64,000 nucleotides of DNA from Octopus vulgaris (lineage: Eukaryota): contig OX597817.1 of NCBI GenBank assembly GCA_951406725.2, positions 156,922,001 through 156,986,000 of the forward strand, written 5' to 3'. Positions 52,396-64,000 of the stretch are shown in pieces; position 1 is the stretch's first letter; each line of letters starts with the position of its first letter. The notes below the pieces were generated by a model. The model was not told where the DNA came from and did no database searches. It worked only from the letters and a program-made list of their open reading frames with translations. Both the position numbers and the translations under genes were made by a program.

Positions 52396-53857
52396 CCTCT
52401 AATTTTTGGCACAAGGCTAGCAATTATGAGCGGAGGGATAAGTTGATTCCATTGAAGTAACGGGTAAGATATACGAAGCCCAGTATGCTCATCGTGACTA
52501 CGTGTCTGATAAGAGTACACCAGGCACATGCATCACAACCATATGTGCACAACATGGTGATCTCATATCAAGATTAACAGCACATGACCTTGCAGGTAGG
52601 GCCCAGCTAGAATTTTCTTCTGGTCAAGTAGCCCATCCCACTCAAAAGGTCCCTGAATAAGGGTTGTTTAAGGATATTGAACGAACCACCCATGTTTCCA
52701 AAGGTGAATTATCCAAACCCCAAAGAATCCCTCTCATCACATGACTACGATGCTCCTCCACTACTTCTGCTTGTGATCAGAGATGCACATATCGGCAGCC
52801 ACTAAGGGACATACTCAACTGGTTATGGTCAAGCTGACAAGCAAATCTGTGGTATTGAATAGAATAGTTTCTGTAGCTCATCTTTTATACCAAGACAAAA
52901 CAATGTACATGATGACACTTCCAATCAGTTAAGATGAGAAGCCATGAAAGCCACTGCCTGGTTCCTGCATCAGGGCATTGTTAAAATTCCACCGAAGCCA
53001 ACTTTGCATTTCATCTTTTCATCCTTTATGGGTCGATAAAATAAGTACCAGTTGAACACTGGGGTCGATGTAATCAACTTATCCCTCCCCTCAAAATTGC
53101 TGGCCTTGTGCCAAAAATTTCAGAGGATTATTAATATTATTAAGATATTTTGTCAGGTATATCCTCTGGCTCTTTATATTCTGTTTCCAAAAAGTTAACC
53201 TCAGAAGAATTTAAAATCAGAATATAAAGAAACAGATAAAATACTTTGTGGTATTTGTCTAGCTTCTATTCTGATTTCAGATTCTTTCAAGGTCCACTTC
53301 GCGTTTCGTCTTTTGGCAGTCAATAACATAAAAGTTACAATCATGTACTGGGGTTCATTTAACCATCTAACATCCCCCTTCTTCTCCCAAATTGCAGGGG
53401 CCTTGTTCCTCTATTAGAGACACTAATTATTATTACTGCTGAATATTCTTAAAGAGAAATATATATTTCTGACTACTGTGATGGCCAATGGGATATATCA
53501 TTTTTCTGGTATTCAGTGAAAAATTGTGCAAATATGTTATTACAAAAAATACCTAAATAACTGCCTTCTTTGTTCTTAATGGAAGTGGAGGTTCTAATAT
53601 TAAACTCATCTTCTGGAATTTTTTTTTTTCATAATGCAAGTATTTAGTAGAGTTGTTACTGTTGTTTAGTCAAACTTTACCTTTGACAACAATGGCTTTA
53701 AGTTTTTTGGTTGCCTTTTACTTTCAACAAAACCCTTGAAGGGTTTAATCCAACAATTAAATATTTTAGTTCAGTATTTTGTCTGATGATAGCCATATTG
53801 ATCTGATGACATTAAAAATATTTTGACAACATGGATTATGTGCCACTTTGATATGTA

Positions 53858-54221
53858 CTAGCACTATGACCTGGTGTTGCTGGGTCATAGTGCTAGTGCA
53901 TGCATATACAGCTGCGTGTGTGCACACATACACGCGAGTACTGTCCAAATCTCCGACCAATCACATACAGCTAACTGGTATTCAATCGGCGTATCAAGTT
54001 TTGGACATTTTGATTGAGTTTTGGATAGGAAATTCAGAAAAAAGTCACTTCTATTGATTTTTTAATGGCTTTGCGGGGTGACTGGGGAAATGTAAAGATG
54101 TGCATGACCACCCTTGGACGGTTTTGAATGACCATAGAAAGTGCGAGTCCTCTAACAGAAAAATTGTGGATTTGTATAAAAGACACACACGCAGACATTT
54201 TGCTGTTTATATATAGAGAGA
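53858..54221 (-). mobile_element. Non-autonomous Helitron-like element, family H2, copy 1
   Basis: TC start, CTAG end, terminal hairpin CTAGCACTATGACC...GGTCATAGTGCTAG. Confidence 0.78.
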
Positions 54222-54423
54222 TGATATTCTCGTCTTGTATTCCTCTTCCTTGGGTTAGTCTAAGTTGTGCTATAGGCATTTGTTTTGAATATTGTATACC
54301 ATTTTCTCTGACAGCTGCAACAAAGACTTTAATTATCTTCATTTGAGCCTTGATGATTAGTGTACGACTGTTGATTTGATGTTTTTTTGTTTGTCAATTT
54401 TCTTTCTGATCCTCATATTTTAG

Positions 54424-54540
54424 GGTTGGTTGCCCTAATTTCACTTATCCGTCTTACAAGCCAAATCCCACACCTTCAGGATGTTCCAGTTCTCTCTTCT
54501 TTCCTGATGAAGCTATCCACTCAAGCCATCCTCGATTCAA
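54424..54540 (+). CDS. GCLC: GCLC internal exon
   Basis: ttttag|G...AA|gtaagc; VGCPNFTYPSYKPNPTPSGCSSSLFFPDEAIHSSHPRF(K), with the SLFFPDEAI and HPRF motifs. Confidence 0.96.
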
Positions 54541-55887
54541 GTAAGCTATTCTCTATGATATAATACTTTTTGTGTGTGTGTGTTTGTGTGACTTATGTTT
54601 AATCATGGGAACTATGAAGATATCAAGTATGAATGATTCTTTAGGACTATGCTGTGGCTAAATGTATAATGTATTGAAGCACTTTGCTGGTATGGTGGTG
54701 GTGGTGGTGGTGGGCGGCGAGCTGGCAGAAACGTTAGCACGCCAGGCGAAATGCGTAGCCATATTTCGTCCGCTGTTACGTTCTGAGTTCAAATTCTGCT
54801 GAGGTCGACTTTGCCTTTCATCCTTTTGGGGTCGATTAAATAAGTACCAGTTACGCACTGGGGTCGATGTAATCGACTTAATCCGTTTGTCTGTCTTTGT
54901 TTGTCCCCTCTATATTTAGCCCCTTGTGGGTAGTAAAGAAATAGGTAGTGATGGTGGTTGTTTTGTTATAGTAACTGAATTCTCGTCTGGTTCAAGGAAT
55001 TGCTTTTGGCCAGTGATATTATGCCAGAAGCTTCTTGGGAATTACAATTCTATATTTCTGAAATGAGGAATTTATGATATGTAAATGCTATCAGACACTG
55101 TGTAAGGTTGTCAGTCAAGATGATGGTTGATGCAGTGCAATCACCTTGAGGTTCCGAGTTCAGTTCCAAGCAAGGCACTAAGATAATTCACAAAATATCA
55201 ACTGACACAAAAAAATGTCATGAAACGCAGAGAGTGAAATGAGATCAGTGTACTCCTGTGGATCAAGTAATGGGTTCGGTTTGAAACTCTGATACAACAA
55301 TTGAGTTCAACACAAGACCCGTGAAGAAGATTGGAAAACACCACAGCTAAAACATAGAGAAAGCAAGAATCAAGATGAGGACCCCAGTTCAACTACTATA
55401 AACAGCATTCTTGGGAATTATATACAGGTTTAGTACTGAACTGTGGTTTTAAGTTTTTTGTGTTATGTTCTATGCTGCATTATATGTCTATATCACGTGA
55501 TCACGTGACCGACCAGACCATCAGATGTTGTTACACATCGCTGGTCACAATGCGTTCGCATTGTTTTAGCCTTCGAATGACGCCACCCCACTGGCTAAGC
55601 GAGCAGGCCAACAGAAGAAAGAGTGGTGAAAGAGTACAGCAGGGATCACCACCCCCTGCTGGAGCCTCGTGGAGCTTTTAGGTGTTTTCGCTCAATAAAC
55701 ACACACAACGTCCGGTCTGCGAATCGAAACCGCGATCCTGCGACCGCGAGTCCGCTGCCCTAACCACTAGGCCATTGCACCTCCACATATGTCTATATAT
55801 TATATGTAAGTTATAGAGTTGTGTGTGTGTAATGTCTTTCCAGATGTCTGTGTATTGTATGTAACATTTAATTGTCTGTATATTATA

Positions 55888-56255
55888 CTAGCACTATGAC
55901 CCGGCAATGCCAGGTCATAGTGCTAGTGCATGCATATACAGCTGCGTGCGTGCGCACATACATGCGAGTACTGTCCAAATCTCCGACCAATCGCATACAG
56001 CTTGCTGGCATTCAATTGGTGTATCATGTTTCGGACATTTTGATTGAGTTTTGGATAGGAAATTCACAAAAAAGTCACTTCTATTGATTCTTTAATGGCT
56101 TTGCGGGGTGACTGGGGAAATGTAAAGATGTGCACAACCACCCTTGGATGGTTTTGAATGACCATAGAAAGTGTGAGCCCTCTAACTGAAAAATTGTGGA
56201 TTTGTATAAAGGACACACATACAGACAGACATTTTGCTGTTTATATATATAGAGA
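55888..56255 (-). mobile_element. Helitron-like family H2, copy 2
   Basis: Near-identical to 53858-54221. Confidence 0.78.
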
Positions 56256-56820
56256 TGTCACTTATAGAGGTATTTTGTGTAATGTCACTCTATGTTTTTG
56301 TATTATATGTACATTACTGGGGTGTTATGTGTCATGTTGTTCTATTTGTCTATATTTTAAGTTTTGATGGTGTATACCAAATCATAAGACATTCAGTAAT
56401 ATTCTTTTAAATTGGTATATGTGGATGCTTAAAAGAAATTGCACCTGTACGCTGTTGGTGATTAGGTAAGGAACTAGTGATGTAGTGGGGAATAGATGTG
56501 ACACCACCTGTAACATAACAGAGAGCAAGGAACTAGTACTATACTGAAGGGCAACAGTAACATGGGGGTAGATAGATGTGGCACCAGTTATGTAATAGTG
56601 GATAGGTGTGGCACCTGTAATGTGACAGGTGGCAAGTTTGACACTTGTATTGTGATGGAAGATTCATATGATACCAGTAATGTAATGTGGGGTAGAAGTG
56701 ACACTTGTACTTTGGGTATTGATGTCTGTGCTGCTGTTTAGACTGTATTCAGTATTTTCCCTTCATGCTCAGCTGTATTCTCTATGTCCCTCATCTTTCT
56801 CTATTGCTTCTTCTATTAAG

Positions 56821-56879
56821 GACCCTTACCAGAAATGTTAGACTGAGGAGGAAAGAAAAAGTTGCTATTAATATTCCTA
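56821..56879 (+). CDS. GCLC: GCLC internal exon
   Basis: attaag|G...A|gtaagt; TLTRNVRLRRKEKVAINIP, matching TLTRNIR.RRGEKV.IN.P; 59 nt. Confidence 0.95.
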
Positions 56880-58243
56880 GTAAGTATAACTGTTTATTTA
56901 CCATACATAATTAGTATATAACTCATTAACATTGTCTCCAACACACCAGTAAATAGAATATTCCTGCAGGTAAGAGTCTTGGCAAGAGTCAGCTATTTGG
57001 CATTCGAATCTGTCTTTCACCTTCTGCATCTGATTCTAATGGTTGTTTTGTTAAAGATGCTTTGTTTTGTTCACTATATTTTCTCTCTGACTTCATCCTT
57101 TTTCCGTTAATGTTTTTACTGTTCAAAATTACATATCTTCAAATGCTATCAGACACTCTGTGAGATAGTTGGTGTTAGGAAGGGCATCCAGCCATAAAAA
57201 CCCTACCAAAACAGACAGTGAAGCCTTGTGCAATCTTCTTCCTAGCCAGCCTCTGTCATACTGTCTAATGCATGCCAGCATAGAAAATGGGCATTAAATG
57301 ATGATGATGACGATGTTGATGACGACGATGATGATGATGATGATTGATGATGATGATGATGGTGATGGTGGTGGTGGTGGTGGTGGTGATAAGGAGGAGG
57401 AGGCACTCTATAGATATCAAGCACCAAGTGCACTGAAGGATTCCAGCATGTATTACCACTTACCAAGCCACTGCACTGCTGATTACGTTACACAGCACCT
57501 ACCATTCCTTCTTGAAATTGGACGTTGTAATGTGCTTCTGATATTTTATCTCCACAAGATAACTATCAGTCACTTAGTGCTAGCAGGATAGGGCACTGTA
57601 CTAATGTGCAGCATAATGATACCTCATACCTCAGTTCAGTGTTTGCAACAAGAAATGACTTTTTGAATTAAATTATGAATTAGTTACTGAGATTTTATGC
57701 AATTGATATTAAACAATGAATTAGCGTGATATCAGTTAATATTAATTTAATAATCAATTACGTATTAATATAAATAACAGCCAAATCCCCCTTAAATCAA
57801 AACCTTCCATTTTGAAAACAGATTGTATTTTTGTAATTGTTGGAAGATGTTTTGTCCCCTCTACAGAATGAGGGGTTGTTTATTATGGTTTTTCTGGTCA
57901 TTAGTATGTGACGATGAAATATAGCTGGAGCAAGTGAAATATGTAAATACCAAACAGAAATAAGTAATAAGGGATATAATTGATTAAAAATTGAATGTAA
58001 AAATATCATCTGCTCTCTGTGGTAAAATCTGAGTGAAATAAGATGGTAGACGATAAAAAATTAAAAAAGGATATCTGATGCTACAAAGATTCTGTGGGTG
58101 ATTGAAGTGTTGGCATCATTTACTAAGAACATTACCAATAAGTAAAATTAATTTGTCAGATGAAACCAGTATTTCATAATACTTATGTGTTTTTTTTGTT
58201 TTTCTTGTTATGTTTGTATAGCTTTTTCTTTGTCTGGTTTCAG

Positions 58244-58461
58244 TTTTTAAAGATAAGAATACCATGTCTCCATTCCTGGAAGATTTATCCATATATGGAG
58301 ACAATGGTGAGTCACAAAATGCAGCCAAACCAGACCATATATATATGGATGCTATGGGTTTTGGAATGGGCTGTTGCTGTTTACAACTTACATTCCAGGC
58401 ATGTAATATTGGTGAAGCTCGACTTCTTTATGACCATCTGGCACCCATCTGTCCAATTATG
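58244..58461 (+). CDS. GCLC: GCLC internal exon (last one visible; the gene should continue beyond the window)
   Basis: tttcag|TT...ATG|gtaaga; (I)[72 protein letters not shown], with the hallmark [23 protein letters not shown] motif. Confidence 0.97.
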
Positions 58462-60263
58462 GTAAGAACCATTTCTGTAGTATACATTAGAGGTACCAAA
58501 AACGTAATGTTGCATCTCATGTAATGAGTGTAAGTCAGTGATGAATTCAAAACATTTTGTAAATATATTTGTTCATTCAAAATGTAATCACCATCATCAT
58601 CATCATCATCATCATTTAGCATCCGCTTTCCATGCTAGCATGGGTTGGACGGTTCAACTGGGGGTCTGTGAAGCTGGAAGGCTTCATCAGGCCCAGTCAG
58701 ATCTGGCAGTGTTTCTACAGCTGGATGCCCTTCCTAACGCCAACCATTCCGTGAGTGTAGTGGGTGCTTTTTACGTGCCACCCGCACAGGTGCCAGATGG
58801 AGCTGGCGAACGGCCACGCTCGGATGGTGTTTTTTACGTGCCACCGGCATGGAGGCCAGGTAAAGCTGGCACGGCCACGATCGGATGGTGTTTGTTACAT
58901 GCCACCAGCACGGAGGCCAGTCAATGCGGTACTGGCTACGGCCACGTTCGGATGGTTTTCGTATGTGCCACCGGCACTGGTACCACAAAACTACAAATTC
59001 CATTAATGTTCATCGAGTTTGCTTTTGATTTTGTCCATTTTCCATGAATATGGCCTTTATTCTCAAGGGACAGCTCATTGGGTACCTTCTTCCCTTCTTT
59101 ATAGATTTTCCCAATCTACTTGAAATGACCCTGCACTGTGGACCAAGGTTCATTAGATAAGTCTCTGAAAGTCCTAGCACATTGCTGTGGATCCTCTTTT
59201 GGTATGATATCTGGCTATTTGCTTGAAAATGCAATATTACTTTTCGGTACCCCTAATACATTATTATATATATATGTATGTTTATTCTAACTGTTGTTGA
59301 AGTACTTTGTCTTGTTTGGTGATATATGATATAATAGATTGATAATGGCATCATTATTGAAAGAGCAGGAATCTCTGTTATAAATTAAGCTGCTGGAATT
59401 AGCATAACAAGGGTTCATTTCCTTTGAAAAATGTGTCCCTCCTTCTCTTTTTTTTTTTTGGTGTGAATAGAGATAAGAGTATGCTAATAGGGTTGTCATG
59501 ATAAAATAGGGAAAACTTTAAATTTTTTTTATGGCTTATTTAGAGAAGAGTCATTACTTGCAACCTTTTGAAACGCCTCTATTACTTGTTGGGTGGAGGC
59601 GCAATGGCCCAGTGGTTAGGGCAGCGGACTCGCGGTCATAGGATTGCGGTTTCGATTCCCAGACCGGGCGTTGTGAGTGTTTATTGAGCGAAAAACACCT
59701 AAAAGCTCCACGAGGCTCCGGCAGGGGATGGTGGTGATCCCTGCTGTACTCTTTCACCACAACTTTCTCTCACTCTTACTTCCTGTTTCTGTATTTCAAA
59801 GGGCCGGCCTTGTCACTCTCTGTGTCACGCTGAATATCCCCGACAACTACGTTAAGGGTACACGTGTCTGTGGAATGCTCAGCCACTTACACATTAATTT
59901 CACAAGCAGGCTGTTCCGTTGATTTGGATCAACCGGAACCCTTGTCGTCGTAACCGACGGAGTGCTTCCCTCCTTAAGAGAAGAGTCACTACTTGCAACC
60001 TTTTGAAATGCCTCTGTTACTTGTTGGGGGAAAAAGAAGATAAAACCACAACTTGTGTGTTTCTGCAGCAGAAAGCAGTGCATCAAGTACTGAGTTGTCC
60101 TCAAATGTTTTGGCTGTGTGGTAAGTAGCTTGCTTACGAACCACATGGTTCCAGGTTCAGTCCGACTGCGTGGCACTATGGGCAAGTGTCTTTTACTATA
60201 ACCTCGGACCGGCAAAAGCCTTGCAAGTGGATTTGGTAGACAGAAACTGAAAGGAGCCTGTCG

Positions 60264-60302
<39 letters not shown>

Positions 60303-60905
60303 ATGTATATGTTTGTGTGTTTGTGTTTGTCCCCCCAACATCGCTTGACATGCGATGGTGGTGTGTTTAGGTCCCCGTAACTTAGCAGTTCAGCAAAAGA
60401 TACTGATAGAATAAGTACTAGGCTTACAAAAAATAAATCCTGGGGTCAATTTGCTAGACTAAAGGCGGTGCCCCAGCATGGCCACAGTCAAATGACTGAA
60501 ACAATTTGAAGAGTGGACTCTGTTGAAGGCTTTCAAGAGCCATGTAGTGGTATTAAGCCAGCGAATGTATCCAATCCACCGCCTAAGAATAGATATCTAA
60601 CAGTCCATCTGATCGGCTTATACGCAATGTCTGTCTTCTCAATTTTGTTACGTTTCGTACAACATGAAGCTATGATAGCAGACACTTGTCTAAGGTGCCC
60701 AGCAGAAGGATTGACCGGCAATCACACCATTGCAAAATGAATTTCTTGACCATGTGGTCATACCTGCACTATGTTCAAAACACCAGGCTTCTGGGACCTA
60801 TATTAATGGAGTCTAGATTATTACATATGAAACAATGGATATGTGACATTTATATACAGTAACTCGCATCTGTGAATATATAGCAAGGAAACATTTCACG
60901 AACAG

Positions 60906-61251
60906 CTAGCACTATGACCCGGCAACGCATGCATATACAGCTGCGTGCATACGCACATACATGCGAGTGCTGTCCAGATCTCCGACCAATCACATACAGC
61001 TAGCTGGCATTCAATCGGCGTATCAAGTTTCGGGCATTTTCATTGGGTTTTCGATAGAAAATTCACAAAAAAGTAATTTCTATTGAATTTTAATGGCTTT
61101 GCGGGGTGACTGGGGAAATGTAAAGATGTGCACGACCACCCTTGGACGGTTTTGAATGACCATAGAAAGTGCGAGTCCTCTAACTGAAAAATTGTGGATT
61201 TGTATAAAGGACACACACACAGACATTTTGCTGTTTATATATATATAGAGA
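60906..61251 (-). mobile_element. Helitron-like family H2, copy 3 (one hairpin arm missing)
   Basis: Homologous to 53858-54221 but lacks the GGGTCATAGTGCTAGT arm. Confidence 0.78.
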
Positions 61252-61260
61252 TGCATTTAA

Positions 61261-61481
61261 CCCTTTAGTGTTTGCATTATTCTGCCAAAATTAATCCTTT
61301 TTTATCCACATTGTTTTGAACTAATCATGGATTATCTTGTAGCTATGAGATTTTGATGAGGTAACTGTTAATTTTTAAAACGATATTGTAGGGTTGGTGT
61401 GAGAGACCAGATCTGGCCAGTTTGAACATAAAACAGGCAGAATACTTTTGGCCGGATATAACCGGTTTAAAAGCTAAAGGG
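61261..61481. mobile_element. piggyBac-type MITE with TTAA TSD
   Basis: TTAA|CCCTTTAG...CTAAAGGG|TTAA. Confidence 0.85.
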
Positions 61482-61612
61482 TTAAATGTATTCTTCTATG
61501 AAGCTATTTATGAAAAGAACAATTAGAGATGAGATAGGAATGGTAAGTAACCACAAATACTAGTGGTGGTGTTTTCATAGTTTAATTTCAAGAAATTTAG
61601 TATTTAAACTAC

Positions 61613-61618
61613 TTTATT
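61613..61618 (-). promoter_or_regulatory. Candidate AATAAA polyadenylation signal of the C1q-domain gene
   Basis: TTTATT on the + strand about 115 nt past the stop codon; the motif is common in AT-rich DNA. Confidence 0.4.
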
Positions 61619-61731
61619 TATGAAGCAATGGCAATAGTCACTATATCTACTACAAAAAAAGGACTCATTATGGTATTGTTTTGTATTGAACAATGAGTCC
61701 AAATGGTAAATTTAAATTCAGCTTTGGTTAT

Positions 61732-62330
61732 TTAGAAAATGTCTTCATACAAAAGAAATATGGAAAAAGCATTATAATTTGCATGCACCCAGCTTTTACC
61801 ATATCCACTAACAAGTTTGATGTATACTTGATCACCAAACTCCAATCTACTGATTATCTGAATGCTTGTTGATGGATAGAACCCTGCCTTTTTATTGTCG
61901 TCTGTCCAGAGGGCTGCAACAGGCCGGTTGTTGATGTAGATCCTACCATTGATAATGGAACCTGGATGAGACATCATATACACGGACATTACATAAATGC
62001 CTGGTATCGTGCAAATATAAACACCCGTGTTGTTGTCATAATTGTCACCTGAATCAATAAGGACCAAGTTAAAAGGAACAATAACCTCTTCTGCTGGACC
62101 AAAATGTTTGGTGAGTATGGTCGACATAGCTGCTTGTGATTGAGGTCGACCTGACATACCTCTTTCACCTTTCTCTCCTTTCAGTCCTTGTTTTCCAGTT
62201 TTCCCTGCTGCACCTTTCATTCCAGGATGGCCTCTGTCTCCTTCACTACCTTTGGGGCCCATAGGCCCTGGTCTACCTGGCTCTCCTTTTCTACCAGGAA
62301 CACCTGGAGATCCTTTAGGACCTGGAGGAC
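61732..62330 (-). CDS. Terminal exon of a collagen-stalk plus globular C1q-domain protein (C1qDC/CTRP-like); upstream exon(s) not found in the window
   Basis: Minus-strand acceptor tattattcag|GT (phase 1); 21 uninterrupted Gly-X-Y triplets, then a C1q domain (F..VL...G..YD..TG.Y.C.IPG.Y, L..GDQVYI, FS.FLLY); TAA at 61734-61732. Confidence 0.93.
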
Positions 62331-62431
62331 CTGAATAATAAAAATAAATCTATTAATACTTTAGAAAATTTAACTCAGACATCTCACGTGTTTTCAAAAC
62401 ATAGATGTTGCTTTTTGTCAAAACATAAAGA

Positions 62432-62597
62432 TATAATGTAACACACTCACCAGTAAAATTTCCACTTATTTCTTATTTTTATTTTCGTAAAATTTTCATC
62501 AAGACTATTGAAAAGGTTGCAAGACGCAACGAAAATTTTAGGAAAATAAAAATAAGAAATAAGTGGAAATTTTAACCAGTGAGTGTGTTACATTATA
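62432..62597. repeat. Inverted repeat (about 66-bp arms, 33-nt spacer)
   Basis: 62432-62497 is the reverse complement of 62531-62597 with few mismatches. Confidence 0.9.
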
Positions 62598-63327
62598 AGG
62601 CACAAACAGAAAATGACTTTCCCCAGACACAACAGTATATGCTTCAACACACGAACTTATATAAAGAATCTTGCAAACCAAATCCCAAAACGAAATATAA
62701 AGATATAATTTCATAGGATACTTTGAATATACACACATGTGATTCCAGAGAAGTAGTTATGTCTCAGTTCTCTGCTTTTCTATGTTAAGATGCTTTTCTT
62801 GTGCCACCAGCACTTGTAAAGTCACCAAGTAACTTGCAAGACAGGAGAAGAACTAGAAAAAGAAAAAGTCCCCTTAGCTAAGAGGGAGATAGCTTTTATA
62901 CCAAGTGTAGGGAAGTTAAATTATGACAGAGGAACAAATGCAGATGTCTTGCTATAAAGAAGATACATGGCTACCCCACATTATATAAAGGTGGGTGTGT
63001 ATAGCTGAGGAGAAGATAAGCTGGTAGTGATGGGGGTGCCTAGACTAACCCTCAAGGAACTAGGAGATGAGCATAAGAGAGGATATGGATAATGGATCAA
63101 AAGGGGTGGGATTATAAGAATGTGAGGAGAGGATAACAAATGGTTAGAGATGGAGGTAGAGGTGAATGTAGTGAGTGGGGAACAGATGTGGAGGTGTGGT
63201 TTGATGGGAAATATCAGTATAGGCTAAGGGGAAGAGAGTACAATTTCAAATGTAGATGTTGATTCAGTTTTATGCTTTGACATTTAACATGAAAGTTTAG
63301 CTTGACGAACTAAACTTTATGTATAAA

Positions 63328-63548
63328 CTAGCAGTATCGCTCGGGTTTGTAAGGGAAATAACTATATAAGCATTTTTAGAGAGTTATGGCCCAAAAATGC
63401 ATTAAAAATGGAAAAAAAAATTATGGTAAATTTTTTTAAAATCGTTGACTCATCGTAGACATTTTTAGAGAGTTACTTCCCTTATATAATAGCGAAAAAA
63501 TGCATTAAAATGGAAAAAAGTGATGGTAATTTTTTTTTTAAATCGTAG
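63328..63548 (-). mobile_element. Helitron-like family H1, 3' part, interrupted by a CR1 LINE
   Basis: Matches 30386-30630. Confidence 0.75.
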
Positions 63549-64000
63549 AGGGTGTCTTGGCATCACTCAGCAGGTCTTTTGTTAGCCGCTCTCCAGCCAT
63601 CTATTTAAAACTGTATACAGCTATGGTACGACCACACTTGGAATTCGCATCATCAGTTTGGAACCCCTATCTTGCACAGAACATTGACCTCCTGGAATCT
63701 GTCCAGAGACGTGCAACCAAACGCATACCCTCCATCAGACACCTACCATATTCTGAGCGCCTTGTTTCCCTGGGCATGGATTCACTGAAGCTCCGGCGTT
63801 TGGCGACGGACTTGGTAAACACCCACAAAGTTATCAACCACCTCACCAACAACAACACTGAACACCTTTTTGATCTCCATGTGTCTAACACACGTGGACA
63901 TGCCTACAAAGTCAGAAAACAATACAGCTCCCATGACTTTCGGAAACATTTTTTCACGCTCAGAGTTGCTGAAGCATGGAATAAACTGCCTGCGTCAGTT
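63549..64000 (+). mobile_element. 5'-truncated CR1-clade LINE, ORF2 C-terminus (runs off the window)
   Basis: Open frame LYTAMVRPHLEFASSVWNPY...LESVQRRATK...YSERL..LG...L..RR...TRGH..K...RKHFFTLRVAEAWNKLP. Confidence 0.92.

Noticed and set aside
52462-52980. About 520-bp insert interrupting a SINE cluster
   Set aside because: Probably a dispersed repeat, but there is no second copy, TIR, TSD or coding signal to support a call.

Overview
AT-rich, microsatellite- and transposon-dense animal genomic DNA, most likely an octopus (inferred from the SINE families and repeat landscape). Six coding exons of glutamate-cysteine ligase catalytic subunit (GCLC) lie on the + strand (27531-58461) with consistent splice phases and GT-AG boundaries. 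I could not find exon 1 or the downstream exons in the window. The last exon of a collagen/C1q-domain gene (61732-62330) lies antisense, apparently inside a GCLC intron. The rest is tRNA-derived SINEs, RTE and CR1 LINE fragments, Tc1/mariner, pogo, piggyBac-type and Helitron-type elements, a gypsy remnant and fold-back elements. Most short ORFs in the supplied track are microsatellite or SINE artefacts. The most unusual signals are: (i) several minimal type I hammerhead-ribozyme-like motifs in Penelope-like contexts, one fused to a tRNA-derived head with a perfect 40-bp palindrome (candidate Penelope-mobilised ribozyme SINE); (ii) two different SINE families inserted at the same nucleotide of two paralogous segments; (iii) SINE multimers sharing one fixed junction at three loci.
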